A stretch of 62,877 nt of DNA, filler included, from an uncultured Synergistales bacterium (GTDB lineage: Bacteria > Synergistota > Synergistia > Synergistales > Aminobacteriaceae): the NCBI GenBank assembly GCA_937897575.1. It is 5 parts of 5 records of this genome, joined end to end, with 100 filler letters (N's around TTAATTAATTAA, not from the genome) between each part and the next. Parts side by side here need not be neighbours in the genome. Positions count along the whole stretch, not along the records: positions 1 to 29,124 come from CALCQG010000015.1; positions 29,225 to 46,482 come from CALCQG010000016.1; 3 more parts are not named here. One strand, 5' to 3'. Of the stretch, positions 28,997-36,740 are shown one piece after another. The translations under genes and the position numbers were made by a program. The notes under the pieces were generated by a model, which saw only the letters and a program-made list of their open reading frames with translations, was not told where the DNA came from and searched no databases. How positions within the stretch are numbered: position 1 is the first letter of the stretch; every line of letters begins with the position of its first letter.

Positions 28997-29124
28997 ATGA
29001 CCGTGACCACATTCATTCACTGCGGAGGAATCCGGACGCCGGACTGGACGGGGGGCACCGGCCCGTCCACCGTCGTGCTGGACGGCGGACGGATCCATGA
29101 CATCCGGGAAGGGCACGTGCTCCC
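28997..29124 (+). CDS. Probable amidohydrolase N-terminus (truncated by contig end)
   Basis: SD AAGGAG; MTVTTFIHCGGI...TVVLDGGRIHDI resembles the N-terminal beta-sandwich of metal-dependent hydrolases. Confidence 0.5.
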
Positions 29125-29224
29125 NNNNNNNNNNNNNNNNNNNNNNNNNNNNNNNNNNNNNNNNNNNNTTAATTAATTAANNNNNNNNNNNNNNNNNNNN
29201 NNNNNNNNNNNNNNNNNNNNNNNN

Positions 29225-29888
29225 CGATCTTGCTGATAATCACCCCAAGGTCAGGTTCTTCCCACGGAGAGAGTTTCCCGGAGCGGTCCTTGGCGAGCCA
29301 GAGCCCGTCAGACTCGCACATCAGCGCCCGCTGTGTCGCACCCTCAGAGTCGCGTTCAACCCGAAGCGCTAACACCTCGTCAAAAAAGTAGGGCAACTGC
29401 TGCCCAACCTTGTTTCCAGGCAGAGACGGGTAATAGAGCAGTCGCCCCGTCTCATCCTGAGTTTTTTCCATTTTGGCGCTGAAATACACGTGCTTTCCGG
29501 GCAAATCGCGGAACGCCCGGATCAGTTCCGTCATCTGGTCAGCCATAGCTCCGTAGGCCTGCCGTGGGTCTTTGGCAGTTTTCTTTTCAGAGCTCAGGAC
29601 CACCTCGGCAATTTCGCTGATGGAGTCGAGCGCAACCGCGTCAAAGTCTTTCGTCTCGCTAGAGTCCATGAGCCACTTGTAAGCCTCCGTCAGCGTGGCG
29701 AGGTTGGAAATCTCCACATACGGAATCCCCGTCCCCTGGAGCGAGAGCAACCCCCCCTCCGCCGAGAGGATCACCGGACGCGGGAGCGTCCGTATCAGGT
29801 GCGTCTTTCCCGCTCCGGCTTGTCCATAGACGAGCACCTTGACGCCGTTGACGCTGACATCGTTCGTGTTGCGCAGATTGATGGCCAC
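29225..29888 (-). CDS. Phage P-loop ATPase (AAA_24, Sak4-like), truncated
   Basis: Walker A GQAGAGKT; ALDSISE; AKDRSG. Confidence 0.8.
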
Positions 29889-29890
29889 CC

Positions 29891-30127
29891 CTACACCGCC
29901 TCCTCACCAATCAGCTCCGCAATCTCGCGGGCCTTCTCCTCTATCAACGCCAGGCGCTTTTTGTTCCTGCACCCCTTGCCGCCTGGCTCAACGCCCTTTT
30001 TCCCGCACCACCATTCTTCCGGGCCGGTGATATCGGCTATTGCGTGGTGAGCGTCCGGGCAATGGCGGCACCAGCGGTCAAGGTAGGGTTGAAGTGTGTT
30101 GAAAATATCGTCCTCAATTTCTCGCAT
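29891..30127 (-). CDS. Phage hypothetical protein (Cys/His-rich)
   Basis: SD AGGAGG; ends 2 nt before the ATPase start. Confidence 0.65.
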   Translation of the reverse strand: MREIEDDIFNTLQPYLDRWCRHCPDAHHAIADITGPEEWWCGKKGVEPGGKGCRNKKRLALIEEKAREIAELIGEEAV

Positions 30128-30151
30128 GTGCCCGTCCTCCTGTGTTAAAAT

Positions 30152-30179
30152 AAAGCCGGGTGCCCTAACACCCGGCTTT
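30152..30179. terminator. Hairpin, possible bidirectional terminator within the phage early region
   Basis: AAAGCCGGGTG-ccctaa-CACCCGGCTTT. Confidence 0.55.
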
Positions 30180-30245
30180 CCATTGACCGGCCTCCCGATG
30201 AGGGAGGCTTTACCTTTCCCAGCCAGTCCAAAACAGCGTCCATGC

Positions 30246-30338
30246 CTATCTCTCCTGGAAATAAAGAAGGGTCATCCCAATCAACCAAATAATAACAACC
30301 ACTGGTAACGCTATTGCGAGTCTTCCGTAATCAACCAT
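30246..30338 (-). CDS. 30-aa single-TM phage peptide
   Basis: MVDYGRLAIALPVVVIIWLIGMTLLYFQER; overlaps the upstream small ORF. Confidence 0.5.
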   Translation of the reverse strand: MVDYGRLAIALPVVVIIWLIGMTLLYFQER

Positions 30339-30423
30339 TCCACGCCACCCGGAAAGCGCCCTTGACGCCTTCCCGGATCTCACGCTTGTACCGCTCCGTC
30401 CCGATCCGCGGGATCTCGATCAT
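30331..30423 (-). CDS. 30-aa phage peptide
   Basis: MIEIPRIGTERYKREIREGVKGAFRVAWNG; ATGA overlap with the upstream ORF; SD GGAGG. Confidence 0.45.
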   Translation of the reverse strand: MIEIPRIGTERYKREIREGVKGAFRVAWNG

Positions 30424-30740
30424 TTCACTGCCTCCTTCTTTTTCCTCGTACTCAGCGGCAGGGCAGCTACCCCTATCGCTTTTTCCCACTCCCTATCCAC
30501 CCGACTAAAAATCTCCTTGACCGTGGCACTGGAACAGGGGACCTTACAGGTCGTCCTGATTTTTGTCGCTATCGGGGCAAAACCGTGCCCGGCCACAATC
30601 ACCGATCTGATCTCCTCGTACAGCTCGCGGATCAGGGGCTCGAGCATAGGACTGAGCTTTCGCTTTTTACTGGCATTCGCTCCCATTGTGTGGAGCTCAC
30701 TCCGAAGGTGATTGATCCCTGGAATATCAAAATCAGCCAT
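30420..30740 (-). CDS. Phage hypothetical protein (possible HTH)
   Basis: SD GGAGGAG; coupled to neighbouring ORFs. Confidence 0.6.
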   Translation of the reverse strand: MADFDIPGINHLRSELHTMGANASKKRKLSPMLEPLIRELYEEIRSVIVAGHGFAPIATKIRTTCKVPCSSATVKEIFSRVDREWEKAIGVAALPLSTRKKKEAVK

Positions 30741-30906
30741 ACCGCTCCTCCTTCCGTCTCTCCCAGGCCGCCATGGCAATGACCAAATGAGGGCACTCGT
30801 AGGCCGAGTCTCCCGGCCAGTGCCGCTCCCCGGTCGCCCGGCAAGTCTTGGAACGGTCAGCATCAAACGATTTTCTGTAGTTTTCACATTGCCCGCAGTG
30901 AATCAT
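30733..30906 (-). CDS. Phage small Cys-rich protein
   Basis: MIHCGQC...C...CPH; SD GGAGG; overlapping arrangement. Confidence 0.55.
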   Translation of the reverse strand: MIHCGQCENYRKSFDADRSKTCRATGERHWPGDSAYECPHLVIAMAAWERRKEERYG

Positions 30907-31116
30907 TCCGCAGCCTCCTTCTTTTTCCGCCACCAGAACCATCTTGGAACTTCTCTCTCGTCCATCGCCCTCCGCTCAATAACCGCCAGCTCCCGAAGCC
31001 TGAGACTCCGGATCGAGAGCGGCAGGGGCCAGGATTCCTCCCGGAGCATCCTCCCCAGAGAGGGGAGCAGGGGCCGGGTATAGGGGCCGCGGATCGAGCC
31101 GGCGCTGACAACAGTG

Positions 31117-31395
31117 TCAATCCATTCGGATGAGCTCATCTATTTCATCCTCCCTCCATACCCTGACCCCGCGGTCTTTGAGTCCTGCCGGGTATCTGCC
31201 CGCCTTGATCCCGTCCCACCATGTGGTTTTTGATATCCCCATCCGGTCCAAAACCTCCGGAAGCCGGAGCCTCCGCGTGGGGCGCTCCTGGGGGGTGAAG
31301 TTCACGATCAATTTTTTGATCTCTGAAATTTCCCGCTTCAGCTCGTCGACCTTCTCCACCAGGGAAGAGTCGAGAACAACAAACGGAGCCTGCAT
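31117..31395 (-). CDS. AlpA family excisionase/regulator
   Basis: LRLPEVLDRMGISKTTWWDGIKAGRYP...WREDEI. Confidence 0.85.
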   Translation of the reverse strand: MQAPFVVLDSSLVEKVDELKREISEIKKLIVNFTPQERPTRRLRLPEVLDRMGISKTTWWDGIKAGRYPAGLKDRGVRVWREDEIDELIRMD

Positions 31396-31501
31396 GATTA
31401 GTCTCCTTTCGGTTAGGTGATTTCCTTTATTCGGTTTTCAAAGTTCTCCCCGACTGGATCTCCGGCCCGGGCTGTCCGGAGCGGGGGTGGTAGAGAAAAA
31501 G

Positions 31502-31687
31502 CTACATGAGTCCGTCTATCGTTGTTTTAAATATTTCTGCGAGCTTCTGTAATTTCTTACGCCGTGGGAAAGCCATTCCTTTTTCCCACCTGAAAACACT
31601 TACAGGAGATGTATTTATTTTTCCCGCTAGGTCTCTCCTCGAGAGGCCTGCTGCCAAACGCTTTTTCTTCAATCCCTCCAAAACCAC
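31502..31687 (-). CDS. Cro-like XRE HTH regulator
   Basis: 61-aa HTH (SRRDLA..SVFRWEKG..P); divergent from cI. Confidence 0.85.
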   Translation of the reverse strand: MVLEGLKKKRLAAGLSRRDLAGKINTSPVSVFRWEKGMAFPRRKKLQKLAEIFKTTIDGLM

Positions 31688-31855
31688 ACCTCCCTTCTGT
31701 GTGATAGGATATTACACCACGTGTAATTATTCAATAGGACTTTTGGCCTATTTATTTAATAATGTGTAACATGAGTTGCATGGCATGGGTATTGTAATTT
31801 ATTACATTAGATGTATAGTTTTCTCGGAAGGTTGAATTTTAGGGAGGTGATACCT
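31688..31855. promoter_or_regulatory. cI/cro switch region with operator-like palindromes
   Basis: AT-rich; ATTACAC-N3-GTGTAAT (31711-31727), TGTAAT-TT-ATTACA (31793-31806), ATTACAT-N3-ATGTATA (31801-31817). Confidence 0.65.
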
Positions 31856-32539
31856 GTGGAAGGCTGGAGAATAAGAGGACAGGCTATTGATAAAGCTATG
31901 AAGCTGAAGGGGATAAATGGGCGCGAACTGGGAGACCTTCTTGGAGTATCGGCGGCGACGGTTTCCCGATGGATAAACACACCGGTTACACCAAAAGATG
32001 AAATGAAAAGAAGACTGTGTGAAATTTTAGACATACCACTCGCGGTACTTGTGGAGTCGGAGGATGCAATATCTCAAATTGGAAATGGCATTCTCTTTGT
32101 TCCAGTCTATGACCGCGCCTTTATAGCATGCGCCGGATATGGTAACGGCGGCACTGACGGGATATATTCTGAAGCCGGGGAGGTTCTACCATTGCCGAAA
32201 GCGAAACTGGGGCCAATAGCTGTTGACGCGCATGAACAACCGTTTGCTGTCATCGTAGAGGGAGACAGTATGGAGGATGCTGGTATTGCGGATGGGGCGA
32301 CGGTTGTTATCAACCCCATTGCGGAGGTATATGACGGGGATCCAGCGCTTGTGCGCTATGGGCTTAAAAACGAGGTGGCGGTAAAGTGGATTTATTTCCT
32401 TGGGGAGGAAATAGAAATTCGGTCCGCCTCGCTCAAATATCCACCGAGGAGGTTCACCCCGGAAGATGTAGCAGCGGGAAACTTCACAGTATTGGGGAAG
32501 GTTATGTTTTCAGTCACTCCTGCGAAGAGGGGAGTTTGA
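31856..32539 (+). CDS. CI-like repressor (XRE HTH plus S24 autopeptidase)
   Basis: HTH; CAGYG cleavage site; VEGDSM serine; VAVK lysine. Confidence 0.9.
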   Translation: MEGWRIRGQAIDKAMKLKGINGRELGDLLGVSAATVSRWINTPVTPKDEMKRRLCEILDIPLAVLVESEDAISQIGNGILFVPVYDRAFIACAGYGNGGTDGIYSEAGEVLPLPKAKLGPIAVDAHEQPFAVIVEGDSMEDAGIADGATVVINPIAEVYDGDPALVRYGLKNEVAVKWIYFLGEEIEIRSASLKYPPRRFTPEDVAAGNFTVLGKVMFSVTPAKRGV

Positions 32540-32544
32540 CAACC

Positions 32545-32574
32545 GCCCGGTCTTTGGCCGGGCTCTTTATTTTT
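32545..32574 (+). terminator. Intrinsic terminator after cI
   Basis: GCCCGGTC-ttt-GGCCGGGC followed by TCTTTATTTTT. Confidence 0.55.
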
Positions 32575-32589
32575 GGAGGGGGTGTAAAA

Positions 32590-33033
32590 ATGGCGGTAGT
32601 CAAATGCCCGGACTGTGGACGTGATGTATCGGACTCGCTCAAAAACTGCCCGCACTGCGGAAAGCAGGTTAAAAGCGAAGCGGGTATAACTCTGTTAGGA
32701 TTTTTGCTCACGGTGGCGCTCTTCTATGGGCTCTGGCTCTACGTCTCATCGCCGGGGAAGCAGGAGCCCCGGCAGGTGGACAAGGGTATCGAGGCATACT
32801 CCATGGCGCAGGTGATGGTGGAGGATCGGCTGAAGGCACCGTCAACGGCGGATTTCCCCGTCTACACACCGGGGCAGGCTATCAGGCTGGGAGGGCACAA
32901 ATGGAAGGTGGTCTCGTATGTTGATGCGCAGAACTCCTTCGGGGCAAAAATCCGGACTCACTACGAGGTGACCCTGCAGGAGGATACCGCCCGGCAGGGG
33001 TGGAAGCTCCTGGATATACAGTTGCGGAAGTAG
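32590..33033 (+). CDS. Zinc-ribbon single-TM phage accessory protein
   Basis: CPDC..CPHC; one TM helix; C-terminal LKAPSTADF..VDAQNSFG domain. Confidence 0.8.
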   Translation: MAVVKCPDCGRDVSDSLKNCPHCGKQVKSEAGITLLGFLLTVALFYGLWLYVSSPGKQEPRQVDKGIEAYSMAQVMVEDRLKAPSTADFPVYTPGQAIRLGGHKWKVVSYVDAQNSFGAKIRTHYEVTLQEDTARQGWKLLDIQLRK

Positions 33034-34155
33034 CTATCTCAGGCCCTCCCACCACTCTCCCCACCATCGCATCATCTCCCGCCGCTGGTCCAGGTACTCG
33101 GCTCTATTGTACGCCGCTCTCACCTGGTCCTCGTCCTCATGGGCAAGTTGCTTTTCGATCCAGTCTCTTGCGAATCCGGCATCATTGAGGACGGTGGAGG
33201 CGAGCGAGCGAAACGAGTGCGCCGTGAATTCGTCCCGTGTGAATCCCATGGCCCGGATCGCCGTCCTCACACCGCCGTCGGACATGGGGCGATTGCGGCT
33301 CCGTGCGGAGGGGAACAGGTACAGTGAATCCCCGGTCAGCAGCCGGAGACGGGCCAGCACTCCGAGAGCCTGGACGGACAGCGGGACGAGGTGCCCACCG
33401 CGCCCCTTCTTTTTCATTGTCTCATCCGGGATAGCCCATGTATCCCCCTCGATCTCGGCCCAGCGCCCGCGGCGCACCTCTCCCGGGCGGGCGAACGTGA
33501 GCAGGGAAAACTGCAGGGCGCACCGCATGACGGGCTGGGGGTAATCGTCGATCCCCTGGATCAGCGCTTTGATTTGCGCCTTGTCCGTGAGGGTGGGGTA
33601 ATGCGCCGTTTTGCTGGCCTTGAGCGCCCCACGGAGCGAACCGGAGGGATCGGCGTGGAGATATCCGGAGGCAATCCCATAGCGGAAAATCTGCCCGATG
33701 AGCCCCCGTACCCGGTGGGCTGTCTCCAGAAATCCGGAGTCCTCGGCCAGCCGGCACACGGCCAGGATATCCTGGGGCGTAATCTCGGAGACGGGCATGT
33801 GCCCCAGGCCGGGGAGGATGTACTTGTCCAGCCGGAGGGTGATCGTTTTCATGTGCTCCTCGGACACGTCCAGTTTCCGGCGGATCCATTCGTCCACCAA
33901 CTCGCCCATGGTCAGGACGGAGCGGCGCTGCTCGGCGGACCGGCGGTAGAGGATGTTCTCCTCCCGGGCCACCTTCAGGCTCATCTCGGGGTATTTCCCG
34001 ATCTGTTTCCGTCGCTCCTTCCCCCCCTCCCATGTCCGGGCGACCCAGTATTTTTGTCCTCCGGTACGGACTTCGAGGACCAGCCCATTCCCGTCCGTGA
34101 CGGTGTACTTTTTCTCCCGTGGTTGCAGAGCGCGAACCTCTTTGTCGGTCAACAT
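33034..34155 (-). CDS. P4-like tyrosine integrase
   Basis: Arm-binding N-terminus (TDGNGL, GKYPEMSL); catalytic ARPGE, MKK, HSFR, LAH, AYNR. Confidence 0.93.
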   Translation of the reverse strand: MLTDKEVRALQPREKKYTVTDGNGLVLEVRTGGQKYWVARTWEGGKERRKQIGKYPEMSLKVAREENILYRRSAEQRRSVLTMGELVDEWIRRKLDVSEEHMKTITLRLDKYILPGLGHMPVSEITPQDILAVCRLAEDSGFLETAHRVRGLIGQIFRYGIASGYLHADPSGSLRGALKASKTAHYPTLTDKAQIKALIQGIDDYPQPVMRCALQFSLLTFARPGEVRRGRWAEIEGDTWAIPDETMKKKGRGGHLVPLSVQALGVLARLRLLTGDSLYLFPSARSRNRPMSDGGVRTAIRAMGFTRDEFTAHSFRSLASTVLNDAGFARDWIEKQLAHEDEDQVRAAYNRAEYLDQRREMMRWWGEWWEGLR

Positions 34156-34183
34156 CACGTTCCCCCCTTGCCTACGGTCACCA

Positions 34184-34218
34184 TGCCTCCTGCGTGGTTT
34201 GCCTCCTGTTGTGCCTCC
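34184..34218. repeat. Three TGCCTCC direct repeats, probable integrase arm-binding sites
   Basis: Copies at 34184, 34200 and 34212, between int and the att core. Confidence 0.55.
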
Positions 34219-34332
34219 GGTGACCCTTCGGATGATACCGATTTTAACCGGACGGAAGCGGACTGTCAAAAGGCAAAAAATGGGCCCCCATCCGGTTTTG
34301 AGTGTTTCTCCGAATGGGGGCGTTTTAAGGGG

Positions 34333-34684
34333 TGGTGGAGCCGGGGGGAATCGAACCCCCGTCCGACAAGGGCCGGTCATGGCAGCGCTACGAGCGTAGT
34401 TCCCGATTTAGTGTCGGCTCGGAACTCCCGGGAACGGGATTTCGTCGCCCAATCCTCCTTGTCTTTTCCCCGGAGCCGAAGGCACTCTCCGAGAAGCATC
34501 CGTCCTTTTGTGTCGCCCTACGAAGAGGTGACGGTTGCCCCCGCGTAGGACGTGACTGCACTAAGCAGCCAGAGCGTAGTTATTGTTGTTGACGTTTGTC
34601 TTTTTGTCCGCTTTTAACGAGGTTCGAACGTCCTCGGCTCGCTCTTCCAGACCCTCCAGCATGCCGTCGAGACCAGTCGGCCCC
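34333..34684 (-). ncRNA. ssrA: tmRNA; tag reading frame 34593-34561 encodes VNNNNYALAA
   Basis: 5' GGGGCCGA; 3' T-arm GGTTCGATTCCC and CTCCACCA end; adjacent smpB. Confidence 0.96.
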
Positions 34685-34706
34685 ATGTTTGCATGATGTG
34701 TGCCTG

Positions 34707-35168
34707 TTACTCCCTGTCTCTCTGCCGGACGGCCCGTTCCATGTCGCGTTTCACGTCCCGTTCGGCGATGGCCTCTCGTTTGTCAAAGAGCTGTTTCCCC
34801 TTCGCAAGCCCCAGTTCCACCTTGGCGCGCTTGCCCTCTTTGAGGTAGACAGAAAGCGGGACCAATGTCAACCCCTTCTCCCGAACTTTCGACGAGAGGC
34901 GAAGGATCTCGCTCCGTTTCATGAGGAGCTTTCTGTCTCTGAGCGGTTCGTGGTTGTAGTAGCTCCCCTTCTCGTAGGGCGATATGTGGACGCCCACAAG
35001 CCAAAGCTCTCCGTTCCGGATCAGGGCGTACCCCTCTTTCAGGTTCACCCGCCCGTCGCGCACCGACTTGATCTCCGTCCCCGTGAGGACGATGCCGCAC
35101 TCGAAGGACTCGAGGATGAAGTAGTCATGGCGCGCTTTTTTGTTCTGGGCTACCGTCCGATTCGTCAT
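34707..35168 (-). CDS. smpB: SsrA-binding protein
   Basis: NKKARHDY, GIVLTGTEIKS and GLAKGK motifs. Confidence 0.97.
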   Translation of the reverse strand: MTNRTVAQNKKARHDYFILESFECGIVLTGTEIKSVRDGRVNLKEGYALIRNGELWLVGVHISPYEKGSYYNHEPLRDRKLLMKRSEILRLSSKVREKGLTLVPLSVYLKEGKRAKVELGLAKGKQLFDKREAIAERDVKRDMERAVRQRDRE

Positions 35169-35186
35169 TTTATCCACCGCGTGGAG

Positions 35187-35215
35187 ATCATATCATAATG
35201 GTCAGGGTTAGTCAA
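35187..35215 (-). promoter_or_regulatory. Sigma70-type promoter for smpB-ssrA
   Basis: TTGACT-17 bp-TATGAT with TGn extension. Confidence 0.75.
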
Positions 35216-35277
35216 TAGGACGTTGCCGGAGATATGAAAAGGGGCCCGGCGGAAACCGGCCCCCTCGTCCTCTCAGA

Positions 35278-35355
<78 letters not shown>

Positions 35356-35374
35356 ACGCGTGCACAACGGCGGA

Positions 35375-35404
35375 ATTGTACCACCCTGAACGCTATTTCG
35401 TCAA
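35375..35404 (-). promoter_or_regulatory. Sigma70-type promoter for tRNA-Pro
   Basis: TTGACG-18 bp-TACAAT with TGn extension. Confidence 0.65.
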
Positions 35405-36010
35405 ACGGTCGTCCCGTTTGAGGTCATCGTCGCCGTGGGGCGTCCCGCCCTTTTTGGCGTTCCTCCAGGAGATGCGGTTGCCCCGCGTGGGCTCGGCCGC
35501 CAGGGGGATCTCCGTCCAGCCCCAAGGCGTGACGAGAAGGAAACGGAAGGCCACCCCCTGCTGTCCGAGGGCGCGGATGTGGGACAGATAGCGGTGGACG
35601 TCGCTGATGATGAAGGTATCGCTGATGACCCACACTCGGCTGCAGACCTTCCGGTTGAAGAGGGCGGCGTAGTCGATGGCCATGCGAAGCGAGTCCTCAA
35701 AGTCCGTCGGCCCGGCGCTGAGGACGATCACGTCCTCGTGGCCCGAGGGTTTCTGCACGTTGGGAAGCAGGTCGGCGTACTCGTCGACCCATTCGAGCTG
35801 GGAGAAGAACTTCTCGCTGTCTATCTCGAACGGGCCTTCGAAGAGGGCTGCCAGAGGATCCTCGCCCTGCGGCGCGTCCTGGGACGGGGCGTACTCCTCC
35901 ATCCACTGCTGAAGCTGGCCCACCACCCTGAGGATGTACTCCGGGTACTCCACCCCCGTCATGGCGGACAGTATCTCTCCCACCGTCCAGTTATCCCGTC
36001 TGTTGTTCAT
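35393..36010 (-). CDS. Hypothetical protein
   Basis: 205-aa ORF with host-like codon usage; SD GGAGGTG. Confidence 0.7.
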   Translation of the reverse strand: MNNRRDNWTVGEILSAMTGVEYPEYILRVVGQLQQWMEEYAPSQDAPQGEDPLAALFEGPFEIDSEKFFSQLEWVDEYADLLPNVQKPSGHEDVIVLSAGPTDFEDSLRMAIDYAALFNRKVCSRVWVISDTFIISDVHRYLSHIRALGQQGVAFRFLLVTPWGWTEIPLAAEPTRGNRISWRNAKKGGTPHGDDDLKRDDRLTK

Positions 36011-36062
36011 TCGCACCTCCGATGGACTTCGTTTTAACGAGGATAGCACATTGTGCCCGGTG

Positions 36063-36740
36063 CTACAACAGGAAGTCAGTCTCCACTTCCGCCTCCACAA
36101 TCCGTCCGCGTTTCATATGAACCCGTCGGTCCGTGACCTCATCGAGCCATGGGAGGTCGTGGGACGCCACGAGGGGAACGACGCCCCACCGGAGCCAGGC
36201 GTTCTTCACCGCCTCGGCGATGAGAAAACCGTTCTCTTCGTCTACGTTGGCCGTGGGCTCGTCGAGGAGCAGGGCCTTCGTCCGAAGGACGAGGCGCGAC
36301 GCCAGGGTCACCCGCCTCGACTCACCGCCGGAGAGCTGGTACCACTCCCGGCCGGCGAAGTCGGCGCTCAAACCTACCATCTCGAGGACCTCCGCCACCC
36401 GGTCCTCAATCCCTCTCCGCTCTCCTCTGGCCCGCAGGCCGTAGGCCACGTTCTCGAAGACGGAACGGCGAAGGAGGTAGGGGTCCTGCAGAAGCATGGT
36501 CACGTCCCGGCGAAGGAGCTCCTCATGCCCCTCCGTGGGGCGCCCCAAAAAGGTCAGGGAGCCCGACTCGGGCTTCAGCAGGAAGGCCAGCGCCCGAAAG
36601 AGGGTACTCTTGCCGCTGCCGTTGTGCCCCACGAAGGCCGTGGGGCCGTCGGCGGCAATGTCCAGGCGTTCGATCCCGAGGACTTTTTTCCCCTGATAGG
36701 AGCAGACGAGGTCGCGGACTTCATAGAGCGGGGGCGTCAT
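36063..36740 (-). CDS. Tungstate ABC ATPase (TupC-like)
   Basis: GHNGSGKS, LSGGE, LLDEPT; coupled to a TupB-like permease. Confidence 0.8.
   Translation of the reverse strand: MTPPLYEVRDLVCSYQGKKVLGIERLDIAADGPTAFVGHNGSGKSTLFRALAFLLKPESGSLTFLGRPTEGHEELLRRDVTMLLQDPYLLRRSVFENVAYGLRARGERRGIEDRVAEVLEMVGLSADFAGREWYQLSGGESRRVTLASRLVLRTKALLLDEPTANVDEENGFLIAEAVKNAWLRWGVVPLVASHDLPWLDEVTDRRVHMKRGRIVEAEVETDFLL

Larger units (their letters stand above)
29225..34340. mobile_element. Prophage end integrated at the tmRNA 3' end (remainder beyond the contig break)
   Basis: Integrase abutting ssrA; cI/cro switch; AlpA; phage AAA ATPase; visibly more AT-rich than the host genes. Confidence 0.88.

Noticed and set aside
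29041..29095. Competing hairpins downstream of the GGT-family gene
   Set aside because: They lie within a plausible coding frame starting at 28997 and are expected by chance at this GC content.
29125..29224. TTAATTAATTAA flanked by N runs (also at 46483-46582, 58348-58447 and 61330-61429)
   Set aside because: Artificial six-frame-stop contig spacer; gene adjacency across it carries no biological meaning.
30884..31139. Two overlapping candidate ORFs between AlpA and the Cys-rich phage gene
   Set aside because: I could not decide which frame or start, if any, is real.
34156..34380. 75-codon N-terminal extension of the integrase into tmRNA
   Set aside because: It overlaps ssrA and the att region; P4-type integrases begin at MLTD (34155).
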